Source of the DNA: a virus
Length of the DNA: 27,711 nucleotides
Strand: one strand, 5' to 3'
Virus genome (UHGV): UHGV-0119636
This document shows positions 24,037 through 27,711 of the stretch, piece after piece; position 1 is the first letter of the stretch; every line of letters begins with the position of its first letter. The translations under genes and the position numbers were made by a program. Under the pieces are notes generated by a model. The model had not been told where the DNA came from. It searched no databases and worked only from the letters and a program-made list of their open reading frames with translations.

Positions 24037-25821
24037 TTAACTAAAAGTAATCTTTCCGTCCCAATATATACCAATAGCATCATTGTTTGTTACATTTGTT
24101 GTGTTAGTAAAAACTACTTTAATATAAACACCAACTCCATATGTAGCGTACGTATCATATGAATCGGGTTTCACATAAACAGAAGCAGCCGATCCGTGTG
24201 TATACTTAGTGTTCTGCCTTAATACAAAACCGTCCAAACTGGTAGCCGTTGCAGTTGGTGATCCTATTATTGGTTTTGACATAGGAACCCAGAATGAAAT
24301 ATCTCTGCCGGAATTAGTCACATAACCAGCAGTTCGTAATGTTATCGAAATGGTATCTCCACGCGAATAATATGGTTTGTATGTACCTGGACTAGCCAAG
24401 TCACTAATACCAAATGTTATGTTATGACCATAAATATTCGTGTTGCCCGTTCTAGCATCCCAGTTTCCATACCCGACAATAGTATTACCATATTGGTTCT
24501 GAGCCTGGAATGCTTCGTGATAAGTCCCATCGGTAGCATTTTTAGCTATAATGGAATTCGGAGAATCCAGAACCACATCTTGCCTAAAATAAGCTTTATA
24601 ATTAACATCAAAAGCGTCATTTAACTCAGCTGGTTTACCAATTGATACACCTTTTCCTCCAGCTTTAAAGTCGATAGGAAATCTAGCACCACCAAGAGTT
24701 TTCTTAACCGATGTAGTACCATTCTTACTATCAGTTACTTTAATTGTGAATTCATAAGATTTATCAACGTTTAACGCATTATCTCCTACTACTACAGAAG
24801 CGCTTCCACTATTACCAGATGCAGAGATGGTTTTCGTGTTGGTCAACCATGACACAGTTACTGATGTTACCGGGTTTGATCCGGTTAACTGACTACAAGA
24901 CCAATTAAATGTAATCTTACAATAAGTTCCGGTTTCCTGTGTCGTACCGCTTGAATTACAACGAGTAACTTTCACGCTTGATATAGTTGGAGGCTTATAC
25001 GCAAGTTCCCATACAGCGTAAAGAGTAATAGCAGCATTTGAAGTATAGTTAGCTCCTGCCGCATAAGCTACAGCACCTGTCGCAGACTTAGCCCAACCTT
25101 TAAAGTTATAGTTCGTCCTGGTAGGTTTAGTAGTTGATAATTTAAGAGTTACACCGTACGTTTTCGTTTGCTGTGCAGGTGCTCCACTTCCTCCGTTAGC
25201 ATTATAAGTAACTTTGTAAGTGATAGCCTGCCATACCGCATAAAGAGTAACACTCGCATTTGCTGTATAACTTGCCCCAGCAGCATAAGCCACACCCCCA
25301 GTAGAAGATGTGGCCCAACCTTTAAATGTATATCCTGTTCTCGTAGGTTTTGTAGACGATAATGTAATGTTTGTTCCATGCCATTTTGTCTGTTGAGATG
25401 GAGCACCTGAACCTCCGTTTGCGTTATAACTAATCTTATAGGAAGTTTTAGCCGCAACCGAGATCGATCCACTGGCAGTCTTAGTTCCAGCGTAGGTTCC
25501 GCTCCATGTGAAATTCATTTCAAAGGAGAACCACAAAGCGATAGATCTTGCTGATGTTCCCTTTGTAATAGTTACGGTTCCACTTGTAATTGTCTGAGAA
25601 CTTTTACCACCTATGGAGAATGTTCCAGATTTAACAACTTTACCATCTATTTTGACACTGTAATTTTTCGCAACGCTAGAGTTAACAGTATATCCATGAG
25701 TTACCCATTTGAGTGTCCAAGAAAGTGTGGCAGTGGTTGCAGTACTACTTGACTGAGTTACTACAAGTTGAACCTGCGGACAGGATGAACTACCAAATTG
25801 TGCCGTTGTTAAAGTTGCCAT
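24037..25821 (-). CDS. Tail protein with two Listeria-Bacteroides-type repeat domains, 594 aa
   Basis: Two about 70-aa repeats (YKISYNANGGSGAP...KPTRTGYTFKGWA...LYAVWQ and YKVTYNANGGSGAP...KPTRTNYNFKGWA...LYAVWE); start overlaps the upstream stop. Confidence 0.7.
   Translation of the reverse strand: MATLTTAQFGSSSCPQVQLVVTQSSSTATTATLSWTLKWVTHGYTVNSSVAKNYSVKIDGKVVKSGTFSIGGKSSQTITSGTVTITKGTSARSIALWFSFEMNFTWSGTYAGTKTASGSISVAAKTSYKISYNANGGSGAPSQQTKWHGTNITLSSTKPTRTGYTFKGWATSSTGGVAYAAGASYTANASVTLYAVWQAITYKVTYNANGGSGAPAQQTKTYGVTLKLSTTKPTRTNYNFKGWAKSATGAVAYAAGANYTSNAAITLYAVWELAYKPPTISSVKVTRCNSSGTTQETGTYCKITFNWSCSQLTGSNPVTSVTVSWLTNTKTISASGNSGSASVVVGDNALNVDKSYEFTIKVTDSKNGTTSVKKTLGGARFPIDFKAGGKGVSIGKPAELNDAFDVNYKAYFRQDVVLDSPNSIIAKNATDGTYHEAFQAQNQYGNTIVGYGNWDARTGNTNIYGHNITFGISDLASPGTYKPYYSRGDTISITLRTAGYVTNSGRDISFWVPMSKPIIGSPTATATSLDGFVLRQNTKYTHGSAASVYVKPDSYDTYATYGVGVYIKVVFTNTTNVTNNDAIGIYWDGKITFS
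25009..25440 (-). repeat. Tandem ~210-bp direct repeat encoding the two repeat domains
   Basis: Copies at about 25009-25218 and 25228-25440 are highly similar at nucleotide level. Confidence 0.6.
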
Positions 25822-27194
25822 TATGAATCACTTCCTTTCCAAATGAGACCCATGTTACCGTTACTGCGCTCTGCAAATGCAAATCCGCCAAATGCTAATT
25901 CATCCTCAACTTCTGCTTTTCCGATTTTTAACGATTGGTTAGTTACATATGCCGGGACGGTTGTACCATCCATGAATTTTATAGCTGTATTGGTGATTAG
26001 AACTTTAAACGAACTCTCATTTCCAAGCTCAATGCACGGTTCGTCTCCATCAGTTGTGATTCGAATATAATTCGTTAACTCTTCCAAACCTGTCACAGCA
26101 TTTTCCAATGCAGTGATATCTCCACCTTGAGCGTCAATATCATTCTCCAAAGACTTTATTCCATCAATAGCATTCTGTAATTGAGTTAAAGTCTCACCCA
26201 TAGAAAATATCCATCCACTTGATGTTTGCTCTATTAACGAAGCTCCGCTACCGTCAACAACCATGGTAGATATTGAATCAGCTATCTGTGAAATCCTAGA
26301 TTCTGCTTGTTCGATACGTTCAGTCAATCTATCGGCTGCATCTTGAGCAGCATTTTCCGCTGCTTCTAAGCCATTAGATGACGCTAAATCTTCCGGAGCC
26401 GGTGTCCAGTCGGTTGCTTTGTTTCCGAGTTCGAATTTAACATTTCGAATTTTGCAACCTACCTGTGTTGGACAATATATCTCTATTTTGTTACTACTAA
26501 TCAAGTCAGTTCCTTCTTCTCCTTTATCAGCAACGGTAATGTCCAATTCTTGATGTACCCAAGTAGTTCCAACAGCCTGGATTGAATTGTTTATAGTCAT
26601 TACATATCTGGGTGTTCCGTTCGTATTATATACATTGCAAGTTGTACTTCCGTTTGGACTAACGATATCAAAACTCATTTTGACTTTTTCCCCAACGAAG
26701 TTACTCATAGGAACTGTCAGATTATAAAATTGTGAAAAAGAACCTGTATCTTGATATGTTGCTAAGACATATTCATTATTTTCATCAAATGGTAAACCAC
26801 TACGACCATCACCATCATAATCAACGTCTCTTGTTCCGAAATAGTTTCTTCCTCCTATTTCAAGTCCGTCAATCTTATTATTAGTGCTATTCGCAGTGTT
26901 CTGTGCATTAACCGCTTTGTTGTATGCCTGCTTCGCCGCTTCATACGAGCTCGATTTCGAAACTGACGAATATCTAAAATTCCCATTTGTAAATACAGTA
27001 CAATCCACGAAATATAAAGTATTAGTAGATCCAGCACTGTATGAAGGTTCCGTCAATGACCAATTACCGCCTGGCGGATTACTTGTGGGTTTGGCCGGGA
27101 TGTTGGTAGTAGACGATTGTAACAGATAATATCGAGTTACAGATTCTATATCAACGATATGGGATATTGTTATCTCGGCCTTCCCCCTAATCAT
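25821..27194 (-). CDS. Tail fibre / baseplate-associated protein, 457 aa
   Basis: SD AAGGAG; N-terminus MIRGKAEITISHIVD matches the N-terminus AKAEVTISDIIDG of the 469-aa fibre; C-terminal coiled-coil-like region. Confidence 0.65.
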   Translation of the reverse strand: MIRGKAEITISHIVDIESVTRYYLLQSSTTNIPAKPTSNPPGGNWSLTEPSYSAGSTNTLYFVDCTVFTNGNFRYSSVSKSSSYEAAKQAYNKAVNAQNTANSTNNKIDGLEIGGRNYFGTRDVDYDGDGRSGLPFDENNEYVLATYQDTGSFSQFYNLTVPMSNFVGEKVKMSFDIVSPNGSTTCNVYNTNGTPRYVMTINNSIQAVGTTWVHQELDITVADKGEEGTDLISSNKIEIYCPTQVGCKIRNVKFELGNKATDWTPAPEDLASSNGLEAAENAAQDAADRLTERIEQAESRISQIADSISTMVVDGSGASLIEQTSSGWIFSMGETLTQLQNAIDGIKSLENDIDAQGGDITALENAVTGLEELTNYIRITTDGDEPCIELGNESSFKVLITNTAIKFMDGTTVPAYVTNQSLKIGKAEVEDELAFGGFAFAERSNGNMGLIWKGSDS

Positions 27195-27204
27195 ATTAAG
27201 CTCC

Positions 27205-27711
27205 TTACTGCTCTAACTGAGCGGTATAAACTACAGAATTAGTAACCTCAGCCGCTGATACGCTCAATGTCTTACTGGTTTTAATTGCTGTAGTTGATCC
27301 CTGTTTATACCATTTAATACTTCCAAGAGATCCGCATACTCCGGCGTCCGTGATTGACTGTTCAATAGCGCCTTTAAATACATGAGCTGTTAATACAGTA
27401 GAGCCGGAATTGTTCTTAAATATAGTTCCGTTTGAGGAAGTAATGGTAATTGTAATAGCATCAGCTCCAGCATTACCCTGAGCACCTGTTGCTCCATGAG
27501 TTCCGATGATTGCTGGAGTAGAAGAAGCTGTCTGACCATTTGTATATGTAGTCTTCTGATATGACCAAATATATTTGTTTGTTGTTGTAGTTGCTGTCGG
27601 TGTAGTTGACCATCCACTTGTAGATGTAGTCACTCCACTTGATGCGGATGTTGTAAGGTAGAAAGTTTCAACCTTCGATATGCCATTACCTGTAGCACCT
27701 GTCTGACCTGT
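27205..27711 (-). CDS. Tail fibre-like protein, C-terminal part (gene continues beyond window end)
   Basis: Frame is open to the window edge; Gly-X-Y stretch TGQTGATGNG and module TSTSGWSTTPT...KYIWSYQKTTY. Confidence 0.6.
   Translation of the reverse strand, partial: TGQTGATGNGISKVETFYLTTSASSGVTTSTSGWSTTPTATTTTNKYIWSYQKTTYTNGQTASSTPAIIGTHGATGAQGNAGADAITITITSSNGTIFKNNSGSTVLTAHVFKGAIEQSITDAGVCGSLGSIKWYKQGSTTAIKTSKTLSVSAAEVTNSVVYTAQLEQ

Noticed and set aside
27390-27617. Minus-strand Gln/Leu-rich ORF of 75 aa
   Set aside because: Alternative frame inside the partial fibre gene; low complexity and no ribosome-binding site.
20982-27711. Diversity-generating retroelement targeting the fibre genes
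   Set aside because: No reverse transcriptase gene and no template/variable repeat pair near a fibre 3' end were seen in the window.

Overview
This window reads as part of a temperate phage (or prophage) of a low-GC Gram-positive host; it is AT-rich and uses strong AAGGAGG-type ribosome-binding sites. Almost everything is on the minus strand. From left to right: (1) a replication module, 1-6630, with a partial P-loop NTPase replication protein, DUF3310-like and DUF2958-like proteins; (2) an array of about 23 small, mostly membrane-protein genes plus two tRNA-like genes, 6700-15050, where 17 cassettes carry the same ~30-bp promoter/operator-like element; (3) a lysogeny switch with divergent HTH regulators, a large serine recombinase and two tandem small paralogs, 15650-19004, the only plus-strand genes; (4) a holin-like lysis cassette with no recognisable endolysin, 19053-20305; (5) a tail-fibre locus with collagen-like and Listeria-Bacteroides-type repeats, duplicated modules and an apparent frameshift, 20330-27711. 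The most interesting candidate is the 17-copy promoter/operator regulon together with a three-member family of two-helix membrane proteins. All calls are from reading the sequence and ORF track by eye; no database search or folding program was run, and family names are from memory.
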